18,288 bases of DNA from Candidatus Eiseniibacteriota bacterium. GTDB lineage: Bacteria > Eisenbacteria > RBG-16-71-46 > DASYSL01. Shown piece by piece: positions 7,471 through 16,884 of the stretch. Where the stretch lies: the NCBI GenBank assembly GCA_046598045.1, contig JBKJJJ010000105.1, positions 1 to 18,288 on the forward strand, given 5' to 3'. The first letter of the stretch is position 1. Each line of letters opens with the position of its first letter. Position numbers and translations under genes: made by a program. The notes under the pieces were generated by a model that was given only the letters and a program-made list of their open reading frames with translations, was not told the origin of the DNA and searched no databases.

Positions 7471-8390
7471 ACGACGGCGGCCTGCTGGTCGTGCTCGCGT
7501 TCGTCGCGCAGACGGTGCGCATCTCGGTGCCCTACGCGCTCGCGGCCGTCGGCGGCACGATGTCCGAGCGCGGCGGCGTGATCAACATCGCGCTCGAGGG
7601 CATCCTGCTGCTGGGCGCGCTCGGGTACGTGCTCGGCGCGTATTACACGAACAACCCCTGGGCGGGGCTCGCCGCGGCCGCGCTGGTCGGCCTCGTCACC
7701 GCCGCCGTGCACGCCATCGTGACCGTGGGCTTCAAGGCCGACCAGATCACCTCGAGCCTCGGCATCAACCTCGTCGCGTTCGGCCTGACGCGCTTCCTGC
7801 TCAAGTCGGTGTTCGGCTCGAGCAGCAACTCCGCCCGCGTCGCGGGCCTCCCGGAATGGTCGCTCGGCGGTCTCGGCCGGGTGCCCGGGCTGGGCTCGTT
7901 GTTCGGCAACCCGATGGTCTGGCTGGCCGTCCTCCTGATCGTGCTCGCGCACGTCGTGCTGTTCAAGACGCCGTTCGGCCTTCGGTTGCGCACCGTCGGG
8001 GAGCATCCCGAGACCGCGGCCACGCTCGGCCTGTCGGTCGCCAGACTCAGGACCTGGGGCGTTCTGCTCTCGGGCGTGCTCGCCGCGCTCGGCGGCGCGT
8101 GGCTCGCGGCCGACCAGCGCTCGTTCACCGACGGCATGTCGGGCGGCCGCGGGTACATCGCGCTCGCAGCCATGATCGTCGGCAAGTGGAACCCGCTCGG
8201 CGCCGCGCTCGCCTGCCTGCTGTTCGGGTTCAGCGAGGCGCTGCAGATTCGCCTGCAGGGCCAGGCGATCCCGAACGAGTTCCTGCAGATGCTGCCCTAC
8301 GTCGTGACCATGATCGTGCTCGCGGGCGTGATCGGGCGCGCGCGCGCGCCGGCGGCCGACGGCGTTCCCTACGACGCGGAGACCCGGTGA
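7467..8390 (+). CDS. nucleoside ABC transporter permease 2
   Basis: ATG at 7467 (ATGA overlap, GAGGAGG upstream). Motifs SERGGVINIALEG, TPFGLRLRTVGEHP, GRGYIALAAMIVGKWNP and LPYVVT. Confidence 0.95.
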   Translation: MNDGGLLVVLAFVAQTVRISVPYALAAVGGTMSERGGVINIALEGILLLGALGYVLGAYYTNNPWAGLAAAALVGLVTAAVHAIVTVGFKADQITSSLGINLVAFGLTRFLLKSVFGSSSNSARVAGLPEWSLGGLGRVPGLGSLFGNPMVWLAVLLIVLAHVVLFKTPFGLRLRTVGEHPETAATLGLSVARLRTWGVLLSGVLAALGGAWLAADQRSFTDGMSGGRGYIALAAMIVGKWNPLGAALACLLFGFSEALQIRLQGQAIPNEFLQMLPYVVTMIVLAGVIGRARAPAADGVPYDAETR

Positions 8391-9238
8391 GCCTCGCCCC
8401 GGAAATCGCCGCCTGCGCCTCCGTCATCCGCGCGCAGACCCAACTCGTGCCGCGCGTCGGCGTCGTGCTCGGCTCGGGCCTGGGCGGCGCCGCCGACCGG
8501 GTCGCGCTCGAGCACGCGGGCGGGCCCGGGGGCGCGATCTTCGCGACCTCCGAGCTGCCCGGCTGGCCGCGCTCGACCGTGGTCGGGCACGACGGGAAGC
8601 TCGTGCTCGGTTATTGGCAGGGCACGCCCGTCGCGGTGCTGCGCGGGCGCACGCACGCCTACGAGGGCTATCCGCTCGGCCGGACCACGCTGCCGCACCG
8701 GGTGCTCGCGGCGCTCGGCATCGAGACCCTGCTGGTCACCAACGCCGTGGGCACGTTCAACCTGAACTTCGCGCCGGGCGATCTCATGCTGGTGCGCGAC
8801 CACATCAATGGGATCGGCCGGCTCGGGCTGCTCTCGGGCGACGAGCTCGCGCGCGTGCCCCAGGTCGCGCGCGGGGCGATCGGCGCCGCGCGGCCCTACT
8901 CGCCCGCGGTGCTCGAGACGCTGCGCACGGTGGCGCGCGCGGCCGGGATCCGCTTGCGGGAGGGCGTGCTGCTCGCCGGAACCGGCCCGGCATACGAGAC
9001 CGCCGCCGAGATTCGCCTCGCGCGCCTCGTGGGCGCGGACGCGGCCTGCATGTCGAGCGCCCACGAGATGGACCTGGCGGCCGCGCTCGGGCTCAAGACC
9101 GGGGCGGTCTCGTGCATCACGAACTACGGCACGGGCCTCTCCCCCAACGCATTGAGCCACCATGAGGTGGAGCAGGTCGCCGGCGAAGCCGCCGGGCGCC
9201 TCGAAACCCTGCTCGCGGGCGCGGTCGCGCGGCTTTAG
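8387..9238 (+). CDS. punA: purine nucleoside phosphorylase (trimeric PNP/PunA family)
   Basis: GTG at 8387 (GTGA overlap). Motifs VVLGSGLG, STVVGHDG, GRTHAYEG, VTNAVG, DHIN, GPAYETAAE, SCITN and LSHHEV. Confidence 0.88.
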   Translation: MSLAPEIAACASVIRAQTQLVPRVGVVLGSGLGGAADRVALEHAGGPGGAIFATSELPGWPRSTVVGHDGKLVLGYWQGTPVAVLRGRTHAYEGYPLGRTTLPHRVLAALGIETLLVTNAVGTFNLNFAPGDLMLVRDHINGIGRLGLLSGDELARVPQVARGAIGAARPYSPAVLETLRTVARAAGIRLREGVLLAGTGPAYETAAEIRLARLVGADAACMSSAHEMDLAAALGLKTGAVSCITNYGTGLSPNALSHHEVEQVAGEAAGRLETLLAGAVARL

Positions 9239-9300
9239 TTCGCGCCCGTCCAGGCCGTAAACTAGGGGGTGAGACCCGCCCCGAACTTCCCGAGGATCCC

Positions 9301-10563
9301 ATGAACGCTCGCTCCCTGTTCCCTTGCGCCGCGCTGGCGCTCGCCCTCCTGGCGGTTTCGTCCGTTCCCCCGGCGCACTCCCAGGCGATGATCGAAGCCT
9401 CCGGCATCACGTCGCAGTCCGCCACCACCGAGCGCCCCGACTGGGCGCGCGACAATCCCTCCGCCCCGGCCTCGCGCTTCGTCGTCGGCGGCCGCGCGGG
9501 GATCGCCGACGGCAGCTGGTTCAAGAGCGTCGGCCTCGAGGCCGGTGGGTTCTCGAACATGCTGCGCTCCGGAGGGGCCTATGGCGGAGGCGGGCAACCT
9601 GCCGCCCCCGCGCGCCGCGCGCGGCCGAAATCGGGCGCGCCCGGTCGCGTCGCCGGCCTGGTCTACGAGAGTGGCACCATGCGCCCGGTCGCGGGCGTGA
9701 TCGTGCGCATGGTCTCGACCGAGCCCCAATACGTGGTCGAGCGCATCGACGCGCGCACGGACTCGGCGGGCTACTACGAGTTCCCGCGCATCGAGCCGGG
9801 CGCGTGGCGCCTCGGCATCGTGTCGGACCGGCTCGCCACGCGCTATGCGCCGCCGCGGACCTCGCGCGCCGTGACCGTGAGCAAGCGCGACTCGATCGCC
9901 GCGCCCCCGTTCGAGCTCAAGCGCACGGCGTGCGTCGCCGGGCACGCGGGCTGGTCGGACGGCTACGTGCTGTACGACGCGCCGCTGACGATCGCGCCCT
10001 ACGACTCGACCCAGTTCTCGTCCACCGTGCGCATGAACGGGCTCGGCGACTTCGACGTGTGCAACGCGCCCGAGGACTCCGTCATGGTGTGGATGCACCT
10101 GCGCGACGGCCGCTCGCTCGGCCGCACGACGCGCCTGTCGAACGGCTTCGACCGGAGAGTGCTCTTCCAGCCCGACCCGCTCGAGCGGATGGAAGGCTGT
10201 CTGCTGCGCGTGCTCCCGGTGCTCAACGACGGCACGCCGGTGCCGCGCGCGAAAGTCACGATGGTCGGCCGCCGCTTCGAGCAGGGCGCGCGCCCCGCGC
10301 TCGTGTTCGTGCGCGAGCAGGTCGCCGACGCCGACGGCGTCGCCGAATTCAAGGTCCCGTTCGGCGTCTACGAGGTGCTGGCGATGAACCCGCGCGAGGG
10401 CCAGACCGGCCGGGTCCAGCGCATGGTGGTGGACACGGACCAGGCGGGCGCCCAGCCGCTGCGCATCGAGCTGCGTGGCACCGCGACGGTGGCCGAGCGC
10501 GCGAGCATGCGTGCCGACTTGCTCGACCGCGCCGAGACCTACCTCTACGTCTGGACCCAGTAG
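9301..10563 (+). CDS. secreted protein with carboxypeptidase-regulatory-like (prealbumin-fold) beta-sandwich domains
   Basis: Signal peptide, then GRVAGLVYESGTMRPVAGVIV...TDSAGYYEFPRIEPGAWRL. A second copy reads DGTPVPRAKV...ADADGVAEFKVPFGVYEV. Confidence 0.75.
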   Translation: MNARSLFPCAALALALLAVSSVPPAHSQAMIEASGITSQSATTERPDWARDNPSAPASRFVVGGRAGIADGSWFKSVGLEAGGFSNMLRSGGAYGGGGQPAAPARRARPKSGAPGRVAGLVYESGTMRPVAGVIVRMVSTEPQYVVERIDARTDSAGYYEFPRIEPGAWRLGIVSDRLATRYAPPRTSRAVTVSKRDSIAAPPFELKRTACVAGHAGWSDGYVLYDAPLTIAPYDSTQFSSTVRMNGLGDFDVCNAPEDSVMVWMHLRDGRSLGRTTRLSNGFDRRVLFQPDPLERMEGCLLRVLPVLNDGTPVPRAKVTMVGRRFEQGARPALVFVREQVADADGVAEFKVPFGVYEVLAMNPREGQTGRVQRMVVDTDQAGAQPLRIELRGTATVAERASMRADLLDRAETYLYVWTQ

Positions 10564-10589
10564 TCCGTGCCCCGCGGGGCCTCGAATCT

Positions 10590-10598
10590 TGGTATGAT
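10590..10598 (+). promoter_or_regulatory. extended -10 promoter element for the downstream secreted protein gene
   Basis: TGgTATGAT at 10590-10598, 42 nt before ATG 10641. The palindrome GCCCCGCGGGGC lies at 10569-10580. Confidence 0.45.
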
Positions 10599-10640
10599 CG
10601 TCGTCCTTTGCGCAGCTCACGAACCGGATCGGAGCCCCCC

Positions 10641-11510
10641 ATGGAAGCCCTTCGACGCGTTGCCCTGCTGTCCCTGCTCGCCGCCTGCGCGCTGGTCCCC
10701 CGCTCCGCGGGCGCGGTGAACCTGGTCCCGAACCCGGGCTTCGAGTTTTACAGCAGCTGCCCGACGGGCTTCAGCCAGCTCTACAAGGCCGTGCCATGGT
10801 TCGACGCCAACACCGGCACCTGCGACGCCTACAACGCGTGCTCGCCGGGCGGCTTCCCCTCGGTCAACGTGCCGGCGAACACGTTCGGCTACCAGGCCGC
10901 GCGCACGGGCGTGGGCTATGGCGGGCTGCTGGTGCGCAATTTCAACGACTACCACGAGTACCTCGAGGCGCCGCTGACGTCTCCGCTGGCCGCAGCCCAG
11001 TCCTACACGGTCGAGTTCTGGGTGTCCTTGAGCGACACCAGCAACGGCGCGGTCGATCGGCTGGGCGCGTACCTCTCGGTCGGCCCGGTCAACTTCGGCG
11101 CGTTCACCACGCTCCTGCTGACGCCGCAGGTCGAGAGCCCGGCCGGGACGTACCTCGACGACACGATCAACTGGATCCAGGTCTCGGGCACGTACGTCGC
11201 GGCGGGCGGCGAGGACCACATCGTCCTCGGCAACTTCCACAATGATGGGAACACCTCGGTCCAGCCGATGCCCGGCGGGTATCCCGGGATCAACTACTAC
11301 GTCGACGACGTGCGCGTGGAACTCGTGCCCGCGAACGCCGACCAGGCGTGCTGCCTCCCCGACGGCTCGTGCACGCTGACCACCGCGGGCGAGTGCCTCG
11401 CGCTGGGCGGCTCGCCGGGCGGCGCGGGCACGACGTGCACCCCGAGCCCGTGCGGGGTGACGCCGGCGCGCAAGGCGACGTGGGGGGCGGTGAAGGCGAC
11501 CTACCGGTAG
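10641..11510 (+). CDS. secreted protein: galactose-binding/CBM-like beta domain, Cys-rich module and C-terminal TWGxxKxxYR tail (289 aa)
   Basis: GGAG before ATG 10641 and a signal peptide ending SAGA. Domain motifs NLVPNPGFE...YHEYLEAPL...GGEDHIVLGNF...YYVDDVRV. Then ACCLPDGSC...CTPSPC, ending TPARKATWGAVKATYR. Confidence 0.85.
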   Translation: MEALRRVALLSLLAACALVPRSAGAVNLVPNPGFEFYSSCPTGFSQLYKAVPWFDANTGTCDAYNACSPGGFPSVNVPANTFGYQAARTGVGYGGLLVRNFNDYHEYLEAPLTSPLAAAQSYTVEFWVSLSDTSNGAVDRLGAYLSVGPVNFGAFTTLLLTPQVESPAGTYLDDTINWIQVSGTYVAAGGEDHIVLGNFHNDGNTSVQPMPGGYPGINYYVDDVRVELVPANADQACCLPDGSCTLTTAGECLALGGSPGGAGTTCTPSPCGVTPARKATWGAVKATYR

Positions 11511-11544
11511 ACGACGGTTCCCGATTACGGAGTTCGCCAAAGAA

Positions 11545-11576
11545 TCGAGCCCGGGAGATCCTTCTCCCGGGCTCGA
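11545..11576 (-). terminator. intrinsic terminator between convergent genes (best for nrdJ; may be bidirectional)
   Basis: Perfect 14-bp stem TCGAGCCCGGGAGA-tcct-TCTCCCGGGCTCGA, followed on the - strand by TTCTTT. Confidence 0.7.
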
Positions 11577-11669
11577 GCGACGTCCATTTCGCGCCCCCGT
11601 TGCCAGGGCGCATCCCTGCGGCACGACCGCCGCCGTTTCGACCCTGCGCGCGTCAGCCGGCGCGCGCGA

Positions 11670-14600
11670 TCAGGAGCAGCCGGTCGTGGCTCCGCAGCTG
11701 AAGCACTTCTTGCACGTGCCGTTCATGACGAGCTTGAACTGCTGGCACGATGGGCAGGGATCCCCCAGGAACCCCATGGTGCGCGCCTCGATCGACTTCG
11801 CCCGCAGGGAACGCACCTCGTCGTAGGCCGCGCGTGGCGAACCGGCTGAACCCGTCCCGGTCAGCACGCCGACCGAGGCAACCGGCGCCGCGGCGTGCAA
11901 CACCGTCCCCGTCGGCAGCACCGTGGCCACGGCCGACGCGATCGTCGGAACCGGCGCCGCGGCCGGGACCCCGGGGCCGCTCCCGTTTCCGTGACCATTG
12001 CCGTGGCCGTTTCCATGGCCGTTCGCGTGCCCGTTCGTCGGGCCGCCCGCCGTCGTCGCCTCGGTCGTCCGATCCACGCCCTGCGCCCGGCCCGGGACCT
12101 CCGTGGGCCGAAGCTCGAGCGGAACGGCTGCGCCTTCCTCCTCGGGATCGCTTTCCGCCACGTCGTCGCGGTCGAGGCCCATCACGTCGAGCGGCAGCCG
12201 CCGGCCCTGCGTGTAGCCCGTCGCCGCACGCGGGTTGACCGGGTGGCTCGACGGGCCCGCGGTCGAGCGCAGGTCCTCGTCGTGCACCTGCGCCAGGTCG
12301 TCGCGCTCGAGGTACGTCACCGCGAGCTCGCGGAAAATGTAGTCGATGACCGACGTCGACATCTTGATCCGGTGGTTGCCCTGCACGATGCCGTTGGGCT
12401 CGAAGCGCGTGAACACGAACGCATCCACGAACTCGTCGAGCGGCACTCCGTGTTGCAGCCCGAGCGAGATCGCGATCGCGAAGCAGTTCATCAGGCTGCG
12501 AAACGCGGCGCCTTCCTTGTGCATGTCGAGGAAGATCTCGCCCAGCGTGCCGTCGTCGTATTCGCCGGTGCGGATGAAGATCTTGTGCTCGCCGACGATC
12601 GACTTCTGCGTGTAACCCGATCGCCGATTCGGCAGCCGGCGGCGCTTCGCCTGCCAATGGTGCACGACGCGCTCGGTGATTTTCTCGGCGAGCACGACCG
12701 GGTCGCCGGCGCGCGCTGCCGCCTGCACGGCCCCGAGCGAGCCGACCGCGGGCTCCTCGCCGGCCGCTTCCTCGTCGTCGCCCGCGAGCGCGTTGAGCGG
12801 CTGCGAGAGCTTCGAGCCGTCGCGGTAGAGCGCCACCGCCTTGACCATGAGCTTCCACGAATCGCGGTAGCAGGTCTGCACGTCGGCCAGCGTGGCGTCG
12901 TGCGGCATGTTGATGGTCTTCGAGATCGCGCCCGAGATGAACGGCTGCGTCGCGCCGAGCATGCGCACGTGCGCCTCGTAGGGGATGTAGCGCACGCCCT
13001 TCTTGCCGCAGCGATTCGCGCAGTCGAACACCGGCAGGTGCTCGTCCTTGAGGCCCGGCGCGCCCTCGGCCGTCATCGTGCCGCACACGAAGTCATTCGC
13101 GATCGCGATCTCGTCGGGGCTGAAACCGATCTCCTTGAGCAGGTTGAAATTCCACGCGCTCATCGTGACCTCGGTCACGCCCAGCGTGTCGCGCACGAAC
13201 TCCTTGCCGAGCACGTAGGGATTGAACGCCATCTTGAGGTCGAACGCGGCGGAGAGCTGCCCCTCGATCTTGCTCAGCGCCTCGGGCGTGAAGCCCTTCG
13301 CCGCGAGCGTCTGCTGGTTGACTCCCGGCGCGCCCGCGAGCGTGCCGTGGCCGACGACGTACTTGACGATCGTGTCGATCGCCGCCGCCTCGTAACCGAG
13401 GTGGCGGAGCGCGATCTCGATGCTCTGATTCGCGATCTTGAAGTAGCCGCCGCCGGCGAGCTTCTTGAACTTGACGAGTGCGAAGTCGGGCTCGATGCCG
13501 GTGGTGTCGCAATCCATGACCAGGCCGATCGTGCCCGTGGGCGCGATCACCGTGACCTGCGCGTTGCGATAACCATGCACCTCCCCGAGCCTCAGCGCGC
13601 GGTCCCACGACACGCGGGCCGCCGCCAGCAGGTCGGGCGGGCAGTGCACCGGATCGATGCCCTGCGGCGTGACGGTGAGGCCCTCGTACTCGACCTTCGG
13701 CGTGTCGTAGGACGCGCGGCGATGATTGCGGATCACGCGCAGCATGTCCTCGCGGTTCTTGGCGAAGCCGGGAAACGGTCCGAGTTCTCCGGCCATCTCG
13801 GCCGAGACGGCGTAGGATTCGCCCGTCAGGATCGCGGTCAGCGCGCTCGCGATCGCGAGCGCCTGCGGCGAGTCGTAGGGCAGGCCCTGGCGCATGAGCA
13901 GCGTGCCGAGGTTCGCGTAGCCGAGCCCGAGCGTGCGGAAATCATACGAACCGCGCGCGATCGCCTCGGACGGGTAGGACGCCATGCCGACCGAGATCTC
14001 GAGCGTGATCGTCCACAGCCGCACCGCGTGGCGGTAGCCCTCGACGTCGAACGACCCGTCCACGTGCTGGAACTCCGCGAGGTTGATCGACGCGAGGTTG
14101 CACGCGGTGTCGTCGATGAAAAGATACTCGCTGCAATTGTGGACCACGAGACCCGACGCCACGAAGTGATGCGTCGAGGGCTCGGTGAGGTCGAAGACGA
14201 CCTCCTCGCCGAGCGGAGTGAGCGAGGCGAAGTTGTCCTCGAGCGGCTGGATCGACGCCTGATACCGGAGCATCGGCGCGAACCACAACTGACCGACCGA
14301 GCCCAACTCGTGGGCCAGAGTCGACAGCCATGCTTCCGCGACCTTCAGGACCTTCGTGTCTTCGGTGCGCGAGGACTGCACGCCCAGCGCGAGCAGCAGG
14401 AGTTGGACCTGATCGAGCAGCGACTCGGATGCGAGCACGATCGAAAGATCCGTGGTCCGACCGGCTCCGCCGGGCGATGCGACTCCGTTGATGATCCCCT
14501 TGAGCAGCGCGACCACTGAAGCGCGGTCGAGCGCGAAGACCCCTTCTCCGAACTCGATGCGGGAAGGCTTGTCGAGCATGAAAACGTCGGAGTCCGGAGG

Positions 14601-16406
14601 GAGGAGACGCGCGAGATCCTCGAAATGCGACTCCTTCCACCGCTCGAGGGACGCGATTTCCGAGACCGAAGCGAGCTCGGCGACAAGTTGGCCGACCTGC
14701 TCTGCGTCTTTCAGCGCGCGCGTCCCGAACCCGGGCCGCCCCAGCGCGATCACGTCGTCCGGCGCCAGGTCCTTCGCCGCCACGTCGCCGCGATTGCGCG
14801 TGAACACCTTGTGGTCGGCCGTGAGCTTGAGGGTGTAGCCCGACTTCGTGCGCAGGCGATAGACCGGCTTGAAGCCGGTGACGAACGCGGGCGCGATCTC
14901 GTGCGCGCGGCCGTCCGATCCGATGACCGACGAGTTCACGCCGACCAGCGAATCGATGCGGCGCCAACCTCCGGCCGTGGCCACGAGCGTGTCGCCGGTG
15001 ACGCATGGATTCGAAGCGTTGATCCGCCCGTCCTGCGGGCAGGTGTGCCACTCGTTGATCGTGGTGTCGTACTGCAGGCCCGGATCCGCGCACGCCCAGG
15101 CGGCGTACGAGATCTTGTCCCACAGCGCGCGCGCCGGCAGCTTCTTCGCGACCTTGCCGTCGGTGCGACGGATCAGCGACCAGTCGGCGTCGGCATCGAG
15201 CGCATCGAAGAACTCGTTCGGGATGCGCACCGAGTTGTTCGAATTCTGCCCGCTCACGGTGCCGTAGGCGGCGCCGTCCCAGTCGGTCGTGTACTCACGG
15301 AAGTCGAGCTCGAGCACGCCCTGCGCGGCGAGCTGCAGCACGCGCTGGATGTAGGCCTCGGGCACGTACGCGGCGCGCGCGGCGCGGATCGCGTTCTTGA
15401 GGGCCGGGTTCCGCGCCGGATCGATCACGAGTTCGGCGTCGGCATCGGCGAGCGCGAAGCCGGGCTGGCCCATGGTCTGGCCCGCACGCACCTGGCAGGC
15501 GTCGAGGACCGCGCTCAGGCGGCGGTGGCACATCCGCGAGCCCGCGACCAGGGCCGCGACCTTCTGCTCCTCGACCACCTTCCAGTCGATGAACTGCTCG
15601 ATGTCAGGATGGTCGACCTTGAGGATCACCATCTTCGCCGCGCGACGGGTCGTGCCGCCCGACTTGATCGCGCCCGCGGCGCGGTCGCCGATGCGCAGGA
15701 AGGACATCAGGCCGGACGAGCGTCCGCCGCCCGAGAGCCGCTCGTTCTCGCCCCGCAGGTTCGAGAAGTCGCTGCCGGTGCCCGAGCCGTACTTGAACAG
15801 ACGGGCCTCGCGCACCCACAGGTCCATGATGCCGCCCGGGCTCACCAGGTCGTCGGACACGGACTGGATGAAACACGCCGAGGGCTGCGGATGCTCGTAG
15901 GCGTTCGTGGCCTCGACCATCCTGCCGGACCTGGCGTCGACGTAGAAGTGGCCCTGGGCCGGGCCCGAGATCCCGTAGGCGAAGTGCAGACCGGTGTTGA
16001 ACCACTGCGGCGAGTTCGGCGCCGCGACCTGCGCGGCGAGCATGTGGCACATCTCGTCGTAGTAGGCCTGGGCGTCGGCCGGCGTGTCGAAATAGCCGGC
16101 GTCGCGGCCCCAGTGGGTCCAGCAGCCGGCCATCCTGTGGAAGACCTGCTTCGCGCTGGTCTCGCCGGAATGCAGCGGGCGGCCGGCTTCGTCGACCGCG
16201 CCGTCTGCGCTCACCCCCGCCTTGCGAAAGTACTTCTGCGCCAGAATGTCGGTGGCGACCTGCGACCACTCGGCCGGGACTTCGACATCCTCGAGGCGGA
16301 AAACGATCGAGCCGTCGGGATTGCGAATCTCGGACGCACGGCGGTCGAAGTCGATTCCCTCGTAAGGGCTCCGCCCCTCACTCGTGAAACGACGACGGAT
16401 CTTCAC
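11670..16406 (-). CDS. nrdJ: class II adenosylcobalamin-dependent ribonucleotide reductase, intein-containing, with TSCPD domain and C-terminal Cys cluster
   Basis: GTG at 16406 after GGAGG. Motifs [36 protein letters not shown]...[33 protein letters not shown] and YRDGSK. TSCPD region [10 protein letters not shown]...FEPNG and C-terminus CPSC...[14 protein letters not shown]. Confidence 0.96.
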   Translation of the reverse strand: MKIRRRFTSEGRSPYEGIDFDRRASEIRNPDGSIVFRLEDVEVPAEWSQVATDILAQKYFRKAGVSADGAVDEAGRPLHSGETSAKQVFHRMAGCWTHWGRDAGYFDTPADAQAYYDEMCHMLAAQVAAPNSPQWFNTGLHFAYGISGPAQGHFYVDARSGRMVEATNAYEHPQPSACFIQSVSDDLVSPGGIMDLWVREARLFKYGSGTGSDFSNLRGENERLSGGGRSSGLMSFLRIGDRAAGAIKSGGTTRRAAKMVILKVDHPDIEQFIDWKVVEEQKVAALVAGSRMCHRRLSAVLDACQVRAGQTMGQPGFALADADAELVIDPARNPALKNAIRAARAAYVPEAYIQRVLQLAAQGVLELDFREYTTDWDGAAYGTVSGQNSNNSVRIPNEFFDALDADADWSLIRRTDGKVAKKLPARALWDKISYAAWACADPGLQYDTTINEWHTCPQDGRINASNPCVTGDTLVATAGGWRRIDSLVGVNSSVIGSDGRAHEIAPAFVTGFKPVYRLRTKSGYTLKLTADHKVFTRNRGDVAAKDLAPDDVIALGRPGFGTRALKDAEQVGQLVAELASVSEIASLERWKESHFEDLARLLPPDSDVFMLDKPSRIEFGEGVFALDRASVVALLKGIINGVASPGGAGRTTDLSIVLASESLLDQVQLLLLALGVQSSRTEDTKVLKVAEAWLSTLAHELGSVGQLWFAPMLRYQASIQPLEDNFASLTPLGEEVVFDLTEPSTHHFVASGLVVHNCSEYLFIDDTACNLASINLAEFQHVDGSFDVEGYRHAVRLWTITLEISVGMASYPSEAIARGSYDFRTLGLGYANLGTLLMRQGLPYDSPQALAIASALTAILTGESYAVSAEMAGELGPFPGFAKNREDMLRVIRNHRRASYDTPKVEYEGLTVTPQGIDPVHCPPDLLAAARVSWDRALRLGEVHGYRNAQVTVIAPTGTIGLVMDCDTTGIEPDFALVKFKKLAGGGYFKIANQSIEIALRHLGYEAAAIDTIVKYVVGHGTLAGAPGVNQQTLAAKGFTPEALSKIEGQLSAAFDLKMAFNPYVLGKEFVRDTLGVTEVTMSAWNFNLLKEIGFSPDEIAIANDFVCGTMTAEGAPGLKDEHLPVFDCANRCGKKGVRYIPYEAHVRMLGATQPFISGAISKTINMPHDATLADVQTCYRDSWKLMVKAVALYRDGSKLSQPLNALAGDDEEAAGEEPAVGSLGAVQAAARAGDPVVLAEKITERVVHHWQAKRRRLPNRRSGYTQKSIVGEHKIFIRTGEYDDGTLGEIFLDMHKEGAAFRSLMNCFAIAISLGLQHGVPLDEFVDAFVFTRFEPNGIVQGNHRIKMSTSVIDYIFRELAVTYLERDDLAQVHDEDLRSTAGPSSHPVNPRAATGYTQGRRLPLDVMGLDRDDVAESDPEEEGAAVPLELRPTEVPGRAQGVDRTTEATTAGGPTNGHANGHGNGHGNGHGNGSGPGVPAAAPVPTIASAVATVLPTGTVLHAAAPVASVGVLTGTGSAGSPRAAYDEVRSLRAKSIEARTMGFLGDPCPSCQQFKLVMNGTCKKCFSCGATTGCS
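11977..12035 (-). repeat. low-complexity (NGHG)n tandem in the NrdJ C-terminal linker
   Basis: Encodes [20 protein letters not shown], with 12-nt periodicity and variable wobble positions. Confidence 0.85.
14136..15005 (-). mobile_element. intein (290 aa) in NrdJ with degenerate LAGLIDADG endonuclease remnant
   Basis: Starts [10 protein letters not shown] (block A), then [11 protein letters not shown] (block B TxxH) and [21 protein letters not shown] (blocks F/G), with +1 Cys. Removing it restores NASNPCSEY. Confidence 0.95.
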
Positions 16407-16854
16407 TGATCCTCCCTCTGGCGGCATCCATCCGGATGCCACCCAGACCAAAGTCGTGGGACCTGGAGGCAGACCTCAGCAGCAGCTTTGCGCTCCCGCA
16501 CCCGACAACGAAACACCCGGCCGGAACCCGAAAGTTCCGAATCGTTGGCCGATAGCTGCCCACTCCCCACCATGTGGAAAAACCACGGGGGTGGGGCCGG
16601 CCGTGCGTGTTCCATCTGTTCGAGTTGTGTCTGCTCGCGCCCAGTCGCGGCCGTGCTGCGGCCTGTCCGATGGTCTCGAGTGTCTTGGCGCGGGGGCAAG
16701 ACCTGTACCCAAGGTGCTTGCTCACTTGTGAGGAAGGAAGGATGAGGGCCCAAGGGCCCCCGTCCCACCCTCCTGAACTTTCCCGCTCGCCCGCGCAGGG
16801 AAGGGCGAAAGACTCCGCGTGTTGGAGACTGCGCGAACCGCAGCGAGGACAAAA

Positions 16855-16884
16855 GAAATACGGCCGGGGGTCGAATGCCGTCAA
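16855..16884 (-). promoter_or_regulatory. candidate sigma70 promoter upstream of nrdJ
   Basis: On the - strand: TTGACG (16884-16879), 18-nt spacer, TATTTC (16860-16855), inside an AT-richer patch. The -10 is imperfect. Confidence 0.35.

Noticed and set aside
9324..10640. N-terminal extension of ORF 9324..11510 (and similar extensions of 3434, 7152, 7463 and 1357)
   Set aside because: Arg-rich off-frame read-through of upstream sequence. The true starts have an SD or stop/start overlap at 10641, 3620, 7467, 8387 and 1732.
11895..16409. Long + strand ORFs (11895..14519; 14625..16409)
   Set aside because: Antisense shadows of nrdJ with no recognisable domains.
16710..16720. CAAGGTGCTTG resembling the motif at 2946-2955
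   Set aside because: The spacing does not fit the IHF consensus, and the shared GTGCTTG core is too short to claim a common operator.
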